Assembly (NCBI GenBank): GCA_044868695.1 | Contig: JBIOWP010000053.1 | Coordinates: 9,465 to 73,464, forward strand | DNA length: 64,000 nt | Direction of reading: 5' to 3' | Origin: a bacterium | GTDB taxonomy: Bacteria > Sysuimicrobiota > Sysuimicrobiia > Sysuimicrobiales > Kaftiobacteriaceae | Shown: positions 56,472 to 64,000 of the stretch, piece after piece | How positions within the stretch are numbered: position 1 is the stretch's first letter | How the letters are laid out: each line of letters starts with the position of its first letter | Notes under the pieces: model-generated | Told to the model about the DNA's origin: nothing | Seen by the model: only the letters and a program-made list of their open reading frames with translations | Databases searched by the model: none | Made by a program: the position numbers and the translations under genes

Positions 56472-57128
56472 ATGGCCGTACTCTCCGAACGACTGACCAG
56501 CGCCATCCCACGTGACGCCAGGGCGGACAGGGGCGAGGCCGCACGCGCCTTTCGTGCCGCCAAGCGGGTGGCAGACGTGTTCATCGCCCTGGCTGGGACG
56601 CTCCTCACCGCGCTGCTGTTTCCGCTCATCGCGATTGCACAGGCCATTGATGGACCTGGCCCCGTCCTGTACCGGCAGGTGAGGGTCGGCAAGAACGGGA
56701 GGCACTTTGTGCTGTACAAGTTCCGCAGCATGCGCCCGGATGCCGAAGCGGGCGGTCCCCAGTGGGCGGCAGAGAGCGACGGACGGACGATTCGCGTCGG
56801 ACGGCTGCTCAGGAGGCTGCACCTCGACGAGGTCCCCCAATCCATCAACATCCTTCGGGGAGAGATGAGCTTCATTGGCCCGCGGCCCGAGCGTCCGGAG
56901 TTCGTCCAGGTCCTCGAGCAGGAGTTCCCTTCCTACTGCGCCAGGCATGCGGTCCTCCCGGGTGTCACCGGGTGGGCTCAGGTGAACTACCACTACGGAG
57001 CGTCTGTCGGCGATGCTCTTGTCAAGTTGCGGTACGATCTGTACTACGTGAATCACGCCTCTCTCTCGCTCGATCTCGTCATCCTGGCAAGGACGCCGAG
57101 CATGGTCCTCAACCTCGAGGGACGGTAA
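56472..57128 (+). CDS. undecaprenyl-phosphate sugar phosphotransferase, second copy (PF02397)
   Basis: TM helix followed by KFRSM, DEVPQS and GEMSFIGPRP motifs. Confidence 0.9.
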   Translation: MAVLSERLTSAIPRDARADRGEAARAFRAAKRVADVFIALAGTLLTALLFPLIAIAQAIDGPGPVLYRQVRVGKNGRHFVLYKFRSMRPDAEAGGPQWAAESDGRTIRVGRLLRRLHLDEVPQSINILRGEMSFIGPRPERPEFVQVLEQEFPSYCARHAVLPGVTGWAQVNYHYGASVGDALVKLRYDLYYVNHASLSLDLVILARTPSMVLNLEGR

Positions 57129-57158
57129 CGACATCGGGTTGGTCCTCCGGTATCCTCC

Positions 57159-58847
57159 GTGTCTACATACACCGTACGGCTGACGCTCCGCCTTCTGTTC
57201 ATTGGAGCCGGAGTGCTGTTCGCGGCATTCGCGCTGTGGCTGGTGCAGGGCGGTCCCGCACACATCCCGTCCGACGCCGCATCGGAGTCGGCACGCGCTG
57301 CTGACCGGCCGGAGCCTCCGCGCGTCTTTGTGGATACGACGTATGTTCGCCCCGCGGGACGGACCGTCACAGTGCCGGCCGGCGGGGACTTGCAGGCCGC
57401 CCTCAATGCCGCCCGACCCGGTGATGTGGTCGTGCTGCCAGCCGGCGCCACGTTCTCCGGCAACTTCAACGTGCCTCGGAAGGTCGGTCCCGGATGGATT
57501 TACGTGGAGTCCTCTGCAATCGCGAGCCTCCCGGCCTCGGGGACCCGCGTCGCGCCGGGCCATGCCCCGCGGATGCCGAGGATCATCAGTCCGAACGCAT
57601 CGCCCGCCGTGCGAACCGCCTCCGGCGCCCATCACATCCGGTTCGTCGGCGTCGAGATGACCACGACCTGGGCCACGACGAACGGCCAGATCCACACTGT
57701 CGTCGACTTGACAGGAAGTACGGACATCACCATCGACCGCTGCTACATTCACGGTACGCCCACGGGCAATGTTCGGCACGGCGTGCTGGCGAACGGCGCA
57801 TCGCTTGCCGTGGTTGATTCCTACATCTCTGACATCCACCATCTCGTCCCTGGATATGATGCCGCGGCTATCTGGGCCTGGAACGGTCCTGGACCGTTCA
57901 AGATCGTGAACAACTACCTTGAAGCGTCAGCGGTCAATCTATTCTTTGGCGGCGAAGGACCCACCGTCCCCAATCTGGTCCCATCCGACATCGAGATACG
58001 CGGCAACTACTTGTTCAAGCCGCTTTCGTGGAGAGCGGGGGATCCCACGTTCGGCGGCATCGCCTGGAATGTCAAGAACCTGTTCGAACTCAAGAACGCC
58101 CGCCGGGTCCTGGTCGAAGGGAACGTGTTCGAGAACAACTGGGCGCAGACCCAGGGCGGATTCGCTGTCGTGTTCACCCCCCGGAACCAAAACGGCACCG
58201 CGCCGTGGTCTGCCGTGGAGGATGTGACGTTCGTCCGCAACATCATCCGGCGCAGCACCGCGGGACTGAACCTCCTCGGCTGGGACGACATTGAGTCCGT
58301 AAGGACACCGCTGCAGCGCGTCCTCATCCGCGACAACCTCTTGCTGGAGATCGGGGCGTTTCCGGATACCGCGTATCAGGGCACGTTCACCGGCGTGCTG
58401 TTTCTCATCCAGGACGGGCCGCGAGACCTGGTCATTGACCACAACACGGGTATTCAGACGGACAGCCCGATTTTGGTTGCGACGCAGGCTTCGGGCCGGT
58501 GGCCGGCTGTGCACTTCGTGTTCACAAACAACATTGCTCCCAGCGTTCGGAACGTACGAGAAGTGGAACCTCGAACGCCGCTGGATCTGTTGGCGACGTA
58601 TTTCCCCGGTTATGTCTTTGCGCGCAACGCGCTGGTGGGGGGCAATCCCTTGGCGTACCCGCCCGAGAACTTCTTCCCTGCCTCGCTTGGCGCGGTGGGT
58701 CTCGTCAACCCGGCGGCCGGCGACTATCGCCTCGCGGCCGGGAGTCCGTATAGAGGTCAGGGCACCGATGGAAAGGACCTCGGTGCCGACCTCAGCGCCA
58801 TCGCAGCCGCGATCCCTTCGTGGTTGCAGATAAGAACGCGCCCATAA
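57159..58847 (+). CDS. membrane-anchored/secreted right-handed beta-helix protein, paralog 2 of 3
   Basis: N-terminal TM helix (LLFIGAGVLFAAFALWLV). Same conserved blocks as 50095 (GWNGPGPFKIVNNYLE, FELKNARRVLVEGNVFENNWAQTQGGFAV). Confidence 0.7.
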   Translation: MSTYTVRLTLRLLFIGAGVLFAAFALWLVQGGPAHIPSDAASESARAADRPEPPRVFVDTTYVRPAGRTVTVPAGGDLQAALNAARPGDVVVLPAGATFSGNFNVPRKVGPGWIYVESSAIASLPASGTRVAPGHAPRMPRIISPNASPAVRTASGAHHIRFVGVEMTTTWATTNGQIHTVVDLTGSTDITIDRCYIHGTPTGNVRHGVLANGASLAVVDSYISDIHHLVPGYDAAAIWAWNGPGPFKIVNNYLEASAVNLFFGGEGPTVPNLVPSDIEIRGNYLFKPLSWRAGDPTFGGIAWNVKNLFELKNARRVLVEGNVFENNWAQTQGGFAVVFTPRNQNGTAPWSAVEDVTFVRNIIRRSTAGLNLLGWDDIESVRTPLQRVLIRDNLLLEIGAFPDTAYQGTFTGVLFLIQDGPRDLVIDHNTGIQTDSPILVATQASGRWPAVHFVFTNNIAPSVRNVREVEPRTPLDLLATYFPGYVFARNALVGGNPLAYPPENFFPASLGAVGLVNPAAGDYRLAAGSPYRGQGTDGKDLGADLSAIAAAIPSWLQIRTRP

Positions 58848-58873
58848 GAGGGCGCCCCCGAGGTGCAGGAGGT

Positions 58874-60082
58874 ATGAGGATCCTCTTTGTCACATCACGC
58901 TCCCCATTTTCGCCGACACGCGGCGATACGCTGCGGGCGTATCATCAGATTCGCCTGTTGTCCAGACGCCATGACGTCACGCTGGTGGCTCCGCTGAATG
59001 GCGGAAACGGGCACTCTCGAGAGCATGCGCCGTGGGAAGTCCGATGCGATGCCGTTGAGCTTCCCTGGTCGCGCGCCTCCGGACTGCTGCGCGTGCTCAA
59101 GGCTCCATTCAGTCCACTTCCCATTCAAGTGCTGTATGTCTACCCGCCCCACACCACGACCCTCGTGTCACAGCTGGTGGCCACGAACCGGTTTGACCTC
59201 GTGCACGTCCATCTCGTCCGGATGGGGCCGGCGGTCGACGTTGTGCACATGCCGTGCGTGCTGGACTATCAGGACGCGTTTTCACTGAACGCTGAACGGC
59301 GCGCCCGATTGGCTTCCGGCGTCTGGTCTCTTGCGCTCCGCCTGGAGGCGGCCCGGGTGCGGCGATATGAATGCGAGCTGGCACGAAAAGCGACCTTCTG
59401 CACCGTCACATCTGCCGACGATATGGCCGCTCTGGGCAACCCGGCCAATTGCGTCGTTGTTCCCAACGGAGTGGAGCTGGATGCGTTCCGATTCCGATCC
59501 GAGCGTGCCGCCTGCTCGGACATCGTGTTCACAGGACGGATGAGTTATTATCCGAACGCCGATGCCGCCGAGTGGTTTGCCACCACGATTCTGCCGCAGG
59601 TTCGAGCCGCGGTTCCGGATGCGCGGTTCGTCGTTGTCGGGGCCGACCCCCCGAGACGGGTGCGGCGGCTCCGCAATCTTCCGGGCGTTGTCGTCACCGG
59701 CTATGTCCAAGACATGCACGAGCACCTAGCCAGCGCCGCGGTCGCCGTCGCTCCACTGCGATGCGCGACAGGCATTCAGAACAAGATTCTCGAGTCGATG
59801 GCGACAGGCATCCCAGTCGTCACGACGCCGGACGCGGTACGAGCAATCGAGGTCACCTCGGGCCGCCATCTCTTGGTCGCGCGGACTGCAGGAGAATTTG
59901 CCGCGCAGGTCAGCCGCGCGCTGCGGGACAGGCCGTTCGCCGACCAGATCGCCCGCCAGGCACGGGCGCTCGTTGAAACGAGATACACATGGGAGCGCTC
60001 AGTCGGCGTGCTCGAGGGCGTGTACGACTCAGCGGTCGGGCGCAGCCGGGCAGAAGAGACGGCGCAATTGGCGCCGGTGTGA
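58874..60082 (+). CDS. glycosyltransferase family 4 (stp1-like, paralog of 51673)
   Basis: MRILFVTSRSPFSPTRGDTLRAY... parallels MRILWVNVGGLWPPNTGGRLRSY of 51673. GT-B C-terminal motif present. Confidence 0.8.
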   Translation: MRILFVTSRSPFSPTRGDTLRAYHQIRLLSRRHDVTLVAPLNGGNGHSREHAPWEVRCDAVELPWSRASGLLRVLKAPFSPLPIQVLYVYPPHTTTLVSQLVATNRFDLVHVHLVRMGPAVDVVHMPCVLDYQDAFSLNAERRARLASGVWSLALRLEAARVRRYECELARKATFCTVTSADDMAALGNPANCVVVPNGVELDAFRFRSERAACSDIVFTGRMSYYPNADAAEWFATTILPQVRAAVPDARFVVVGADPPRRVRRLRNLPGVVVTGYVQDMHEHLASAAVAVAPLRCATGIQNKILESMATGIPVVTTPDAVRAIEVTSGRHLLVARTAGEFAAQVSRALRDRPFADQIARQARALVETRYTWERSVGVLEGVYDSAVGRSRAEETAQLAPV

Positions 60083-60157
60083 TGGATCGCGCCCGCCCGG
60101 GTCAGCCTCGATGAGGAGTGCCCTCGTCGAGGCCAACCCGGGCAGGGGGGCGTGTCG

Positions 60158-63100
60158 TTATTGTGCGACGAGCCGTAGCGCCGCGAAGCCGAAGTACTCC
60201 TGGTCGGCGGCGATGCGCAGAACGTGCTGGCCGGCGGTAAGTGCAATGCCGCCGGGACCGGCCCACTGGAAGGTGCTCCACGAACCGGTGTTGGGGGCCT
60301 GGATGGAGCTGGTGACCGTTGCACCGTCAATCTCGCCGTGCCAGCGGGGCGTGGGCGACCACCCCTGGTTGCTCACCAGGAGCTCGAGGCGATAGGTGCC
60401 GGTCGTGGCGACCTGGATCGTGTACTCGAGCCACTCGCCGGTCTGGAAGTTGAAGATGATCACGCCACCGTCGGGTTGCTGCCGGATGTCGACGCCGACG
60501 TCCGTGCGGTAGAAGCCGCCCTGGTTGCCGGCGGTGAGGTCGTGGTAGGCGACGCCCTCGCCGCCGTTGTCAAAGTCCTCGGCCTCGATCTGGCCCGGTG
60601 CTGCGGCGGGCGTCCCCTTGTAGGGGGTGCCCGAGATCCTGAACCGCAGGGCCGCGAAGCCGAAGTACTCCTGGTCGGCGACGATGCGCAGAACGTGCTG
60701 GCCGGCGGTAAGTGCAATGCCGCCGGGACCGGCCCACCGAAAGGTGTTCCACGAGCCGGTGTTGGGGACCTGGATGGAGCTGGTGACCGTTGCACCGTCA
60801 ATCTCGGCGTGCCAGCGGGGCGTGGGCGACCACCCCTGGTTGCTCACCAGGAGTTCGAGGCGATAGGTGCCGGTCGTGGCGACCTGGATCGTGTACTCGA
60901 GCCACTCGCCGGTCTGGAAGTTGAAGACGATCACGCCACCGTCGGATTGCTGCCGGATGTCGACGCCGACGTCCGTGCGGTAGAAGCCGCCCTGGTTGCC
61001 GGAGGTGAGGTCGTGGTAGGCGACGCCCTCGCCGCCGTTGTCAAAGTCCTCGGCCTCGATCTGGCCCGGCACCGAGGAGGGCGTGCTGGTGAACGGAGAC
61101 TGGGTCGGGACAGCGACGGGCGCGGTCGTGACCGTGAAATCACCCGAGACCGCGGCGTTTCCGGCCGCGTCTGCGGACCGCACACGGTAGTGATAGATGG
61201 TCGCCGGCGTCAGACCACCGAGGGTGACCGCATGTGCGGTGATCATGTTCGTCGCGAGCGGAGTCGCGCTGCCGTAGCTTGTCGACACTCCGTACTCAAC
61301 CTGCGAATCGCTCGCCTCACCGGTCGTCCAGGTGATGCCGGCGCCGGACGACGTGACGGATGAGGCGGCGACCGAAGAAATGACCGGAGGCGTGGTGTCC
61401 GCCGCGACGTTGCTCACCGTGACCGTAATCGCCGGGGATATGCCCTGATTGCCCGCTCCGTCACGCGCCATCGCGGTGAGCGAGTATGAGCCGTTGCTGA
61501 CCGTGGCCGTGTCCCAGGAGATCGAGTACGAGTTGGTCGTGTCCTCGGCGCCGTAGTTGGCACCGTTGACCCTGAACTGCACTCCAACGACGCTCGTATT
61601 GTCCGTGGCGGTCGCAGAGATCGTGACCGTCCCGGAGACTGTCCCAGCGAGCGGAGAGGTCAGCGTGACTGCCGGCGGGGTGCTGTCCGCAGGGGTCGAA
61701 CCTGTGCCGCTGATCGCCGTGGCCGTCGCGGCCGCGAGGGCGTCGATATCGGCGCCCGGGTCCTTGCCATCGAGGCCAAGATACTTGTACGGGCTCGCCA
61801 CTGACAGGCGATAGTCGCCGGCGGCATAGCTGACGAAGCCGACCAGGTCGAGCGTAGTCGGGAGGAAGTTGTCGACCGGGTAGCCCGTCGCCGCCGCTCC
61901 GACCAGCGCGTTCCTGGCGAACACGGCGTCGGGGAAGTACGTGCTGAATGTTGCTGACGGCGTGCTGGTCCCGTCGCCGCGCACCCCGTTGTTGTTGAGC
62001 ACGATATTGTTCGTGTAGGTCAGCCGCGGCGCCGCCCCGTACTGTCCATACAGCGGCGATGCGGTGTGGAAGGCGGTGTTGTGGTCGATGGTGACGTCCT
62101 CGGGACGGTTCTTCAGGTCGAACAACATCCCCGTGAAGAAGCCCCAGACGACGTCCGGGAACGCCCCGATCTCGAGCAGCAGGTTATCCTTGACCAGCAC
62201 CCGCCGAAGCGGCTCCTGGTTCGATTGGATGTCGTCCCAGCCCAGGAAGAAAATCCCACCTGTGGCGCGTCTGATGACGTTGCGGACGAATGTCACGTCG
62301 CGCACGGTCGCCCAGGGGTTGCCGCCGTACTGGTTGCGGGGGGTGAATTGGACACCAAAGCCGCCCTGGCTGTTCATGTTGCCCGTCCAGCTGTTCTCGA
62401 AGATGTTGCCCTCGATCAACACGCGCTGAGCGTTTTTGAGTTCAAAGATGTTCTTGACGACCCAGTTGACGCCGGCGTACGAGGGATCCCCGACTTTCCA
62501 CGACAGCGGCTTGAAGAGGTAGTTGCCGCGGATCTCGATGTCTGAGGGCATGTTCGCAGAGCTGCTGGCGTCGGTGCCGCCGAAGAACAGGTTGACGCCC
62601 GATCCCTCCAGGTAGTTGTTCACGAACTTGAAGGGACCGGGCCCGTTGAATCCCCAAATGGCCGAGGAGTCGAACTGGCGGTGATGCCACTCGGAGAGGT
62701 AGGAGTCGATGACCGCCGTTCGCCTGCCGTTCACCATGACCCCCGTCCGGGCGTCCTGCCCGGGTCGCGCGTGAATGTAGCAGCGGTCGAAGACGATGTC
62801 GGTGCCGTTGACGTCGAGCAGGGTCAGGACGGAGCCGCTGACCGGCGTGATGAATTCAACACCGATGAAGCGGTAGTGGTGGGCGCCCGATCCCATCCCC
62901 AGCGCTGGGTTGCCCACGACTTTCGGCATGAGCGCCGCCTGCGCGGGCGTCACGCGAATGCCTGGGACAGGCAGGCTGCTGAGCGCTGAGGACTGGATGT
63001 AGATCCATCCGGTGCCGCTCGTCACGGGCAGGGTGAAGTTGCCCGCGTACGTGGCCCCCGCCTGGAGGACGATGACGCTCCCCGGCTGGGCTGTGTTGAG

Positions 63101-63307
63101 CGCGCCCTGGAAATCCCCGCCGGCAGGCACGGAGATGGTCGGCCCCGTTGGAGGCGCGTAGGTAGTGTCGAGGTAGATGCGGGGGAGCTCGGGCAATGTG
63201 GCCGCTTGCGCGACAGACTGCAGGGGGCCGACGAGCGTGACCGCGGCTGAGACGATCAACATCGCGGGCAGAACTGCGCGAACGACATACCTCCGGACAT
63301 GAAACAT
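60158..63307 (-). CDS. secreted multidomain protein: beta-helix (paralog 3) + Ig-like + FN3 + two tandem CBM6/CBM35-like domains
   Basis: Signal peptide (VLPAMLIVSAAVTLVGPLQSVAQA). N-terminal beta-helix blocks as in 50095 and 57159. FN3 segment (SSGAGITWTTGEASDSQVEYGVSTSYG...YHYRVRSADAAGN). Two near-identical ~140-aa C-terminal domains (PGQIEAEDFDNGGEGVAYHD...GEWLEYTIQV...LTAGQHVLRI) matching CBM6/35. Confidence 0.8.
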   Translation of the reverse strand: MFHVRRYVVRAVLPAMLIVSAAVTLVGPLQSVAQAATLPELPRIYLDTTYAPPTGPTISVPAGGDFQGALNTAQPGSVIVLQAGATYAGNFTLPVTSGTGWIYIQSSALSSLPVPGIRVTPAQAALMPKVVGNPALGMGSGAHHYRFIGVEFITPVSGSVLTLLDVNGTDIVFDRCYIHARPGQDARTGVMVNGRRTAVIDSYLSEWHHRQFDSSAIWGFNGPGPFKFVNNYLEGSGVNLFFGGTDASSSANMPSDIEIRGNYLFKPLSWKVGDPSYAGVNWVVKNIFELKNAQRVLIEGNIFENSWTGNMNSQGGFGVQFTPRNQYGGNPWATVRDVTFVRNVIRRATGGIFFLGWDDIQSNQEPLRRVLVKDNLLLEIGAFPDVVWGFFTGMLFDLKNRPEDVTIDHNTAFHTASPLYGQYGAAPRLTYTNNIVLNNNGVRGDGTSTPSATFSTYFPDAVFARNALVGAAATGYPVDNFLPTTLDLVGFVSYAAGDYRLSVASPYKYLGLDGKDPGADIDALAAATATAISGTGSTPADSTPPAVTLTSPLAGTVSGTVTISATATDNTSVVGVQFRVNGANYGAEDTTNSYSISWDTATVSNGSYSLTAMARDGAGNQGISPAITVTVSNVAADTTPPVISSVAASSVTSSGAGITWTTGEASDSQVEYGVSTSYGSATPLATNMITAHAVTLGGLTPATIYHYRVRSADAAGNAAVSGDFTVTTAPVAVPTQSPFTSTPSSVPGQIEAEDFDNGGEGVAYHDLTSGNQGGFYRTDVGVDIRQQSDGGVIVFNFQTGEWLEYTIQVATTGTYRLELLVSNQGWSPTPRWHAEIDGATVTSSIQVPNTGSWNTFRWAGPGGIALTAGQHVLRIVADQEYFGFAALRFRISGTPYKGTPAAAPGQIEAEDFDNGGEGVAYHDLTAGNQGGFYRTDVGVDIRQQPDGGVIIFNFQTGEWLEYTIQVATTGTYRLELLVSNQGWSPTPRWHGEIDGATVTSSIQAPNTGSWSTFQWAGPGGIALTAGQHVLRIAADQEYFGFAALRLVAQ
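60181..60598. repeat. tandem direct repeat unit 1 (~418 bp, ~97% identical to 60652..61069)
   Basis: Read directly: both units begin CCGCGAAGCCGAAGTACTCCTGGTCGGCG and end GGCCTCGATCTGGCCCGG. Period is 471 bp. Each unit encodes one CBM6-like domain of the minus-strand gene. Confidence 0.85.
60652..61069. repeat. tandem direct repeat unit 2
   Basis: See unit 1. A few substitutions distinguish the copies (e.g. GGCGGCGATG vs GGCGACGATG, CCACTGGAAGGTGCTCC vs CCACCGAAAGGTGTTCC). Confidence 0.85.
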
Positions 63308-63603
63308 GGCGGTCTCCTTTTGCGGAAGACCACCACTCCGGGGGGACCCAAAAACACAACCCCTTCTTCGGTAGCCCGGCTGTCAGAAGGACCTGACCCG
63401 TGGCTTTGCGTCCCCGTCTCGCGACGGGTTTGCGTTTTCGGAAAGAGGTCTATCCGCTGCTATTCGATTTACCGGTCAATTCACGGGGCCGACACCCAAC
63501 GATTTGAGGTGTTTACCCTATGAACGTATCCGGCATTTACCTTGCTATCTCATCATGGAAACACCTGACTGTCAACCGCAACTGGAGTTCGTATAACAGC
63601 TAG

Positions 63604-63900
63604 TTGTTTCCACCTTCCATGAGGGTTACAAAACGAGAATTGTTGGCACATTTGTCCCGAGCGGGTGAGGCGGATGCCCGTGATATCGCACGTGTGTTTG
63701 GTGTCCAGTACTCGGTCGCCGCGATGGGGTTGCTTCGTCTGGCCCGCCAGGGGTTGGTCAACCGGAGTCGGCCCATCGAAGGAGAAGCGTATCGATACAC
63801 CCTCTCAGAACGTGGCCAATCTCGCCTGACCTATCTGTTGGAGCGCTCCAACGCAATGGATGAGCCAGATCCGATCAGTCGCACCGGGCCTGTAGAATAA
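63604..63900 (+). CDS. small winged-helix DNA-binding protein (MarR/PadR-like, ~95 aa)
   Basis: ELLAHLSRAGEADARDIARVFGVQYSVAAMGLLRLARQGLVNRSRPIEGEAYRYTLSERG fits a winged HTH. A terminator follows. Confidence 0.55.
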   Translation: MFPPSMRVTKRELLAHLSRAGEADARDIARVFGVQYSVAAMGLLRLARQGLVNRSRPIEGEAYRYTLSERGQSRLTYLLERSNAMDEPDPISRTGPVE

Positions 63901-63921
63901 GCGCCCGCGCGCGATACCGTT

Positions 63922-63966
63922 CAGCCCAGCGCCACGGAGTTCATTCCGTGGCGCTGGGCTGTTTTT
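63922..63966 (+). terminator. rho-independent terminator (CAGCCCAGCGCCACGG...CCGTGGCGCTGGGCTG + TTTTT)
   Basis: Perfect 16-bp inverted repeat followed by TTTTT, 22 nt after the stop. Confidence 0.8.
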
Positions 63967-64000
63967 GCGAGCGGATTTCTTCCCCCGCGTCGAAGAGTAC

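Noticed and set aside
60224-61363. 379-aa plus-strand ORF with internal repeats
   Set aside because: It is the mirror of the tandem CBM6 duplication in the minus-strand gene. The minus strand has a signal peptide and recognisable beta-helix, FN3 and CBM domains.
1-64000. CRISPR arrays, rRNA or tRNA genes, IS elements, transposases or integrases
   Set aside because: There are no short regularly spaced direct repeats and no tRNA cloverleaf candidates. No ORF carries a DDE transposase or tyrosine/serine recombinase signature. The only DNA-level repeats are the 471-bp tandem duplication and the short promoter-like motif.

Overview
This window is high-GC (~68%) bacterial chromosomal DNA with no rRNA, tRNA, CRISPR array, transposase or integrase that I could find. 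It is organised in four blocks.

- **Housekeeping edge (1-7.3 kb):** a 3'-partial Gfo/Idh/MocA oxidoreductase gene, a DUF885 protein, a sigma-70 family factor, a membrane coiled-coil protein, and a convergent pair made of an outer-membrane Wzi-like barrel and a Wza-like polysaccharide export protein.
- **Signalling module (7.3-13.2 kb):** a complete stressosome (RsbR, RsbS, RsbT, RsbX-like PP2C). It is followed by a histidine kinase with an RsbU-N-like, PAS, HisKA_3 and HATPase arrangement, two ~80% identical NarL/LuxR response regulators in tandem, and an ANTAR response regulator.
- **Secreted-protein block (13.4-18.8 kb):** small and large secreted proteins, including two beta-propeller proteins and a 43-aa membrane peptide.
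- **Polysaccharide locus (19.1-63.3 kb):** about 40 genes, almost all on the + strand and opening with a NusG/UpxY-like antiterminator paralog. It encodes a Wzz-type chain-length determinant, a BY-kinase, two Und-P sugar transferases, a Wzy/O-antigen-ligase-like protein, a Wzx flippase, four GT4 glycosyltransferases and an AlgD-like GDP-mannose dehydrogenase. It also encodes an SDR epimerase, two AsnB-type amidotransferases, a NodB deacetylase, a FemAB/CelD-like protein, a methyltransferase, a heparinase II/III-like protein and a carbamoyltransferase flanked by SxtJ/SxtK-like small membrane proteins. A SigB/F-type sigma factor sits inside the locus. Three paralogous secreted beta-helix proteins are interspersed, one fused to FN3 and a recent tandem CBM6 duplication.

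The most unusual content is two carrier-protein cassettes in the polysaccharide locus: an adenylation enzyme or acyl-CoA ligase, an ACP, and a paralogous 367-aa GNAT-like protein. They are accompanied by a luciferase-like monooxygenase, a flavin reductase, an aminotransferase and an AsnB-like ligase that lacks a glutaminase domain. This suggests an undescribed Dlt-like acyl or aminoacyl decoration pathway for an exopolysaccharide.

A promoter-like motif recurs upstream of eight + strand genes between 7.2 and 18.8 kb. It reads GGTTT-N16-17-GGnnTT, usually followed by TTTACCTGATTGG, and points to a single regulon linked to the stressosome/two-component module or the group-3 sigma factor.
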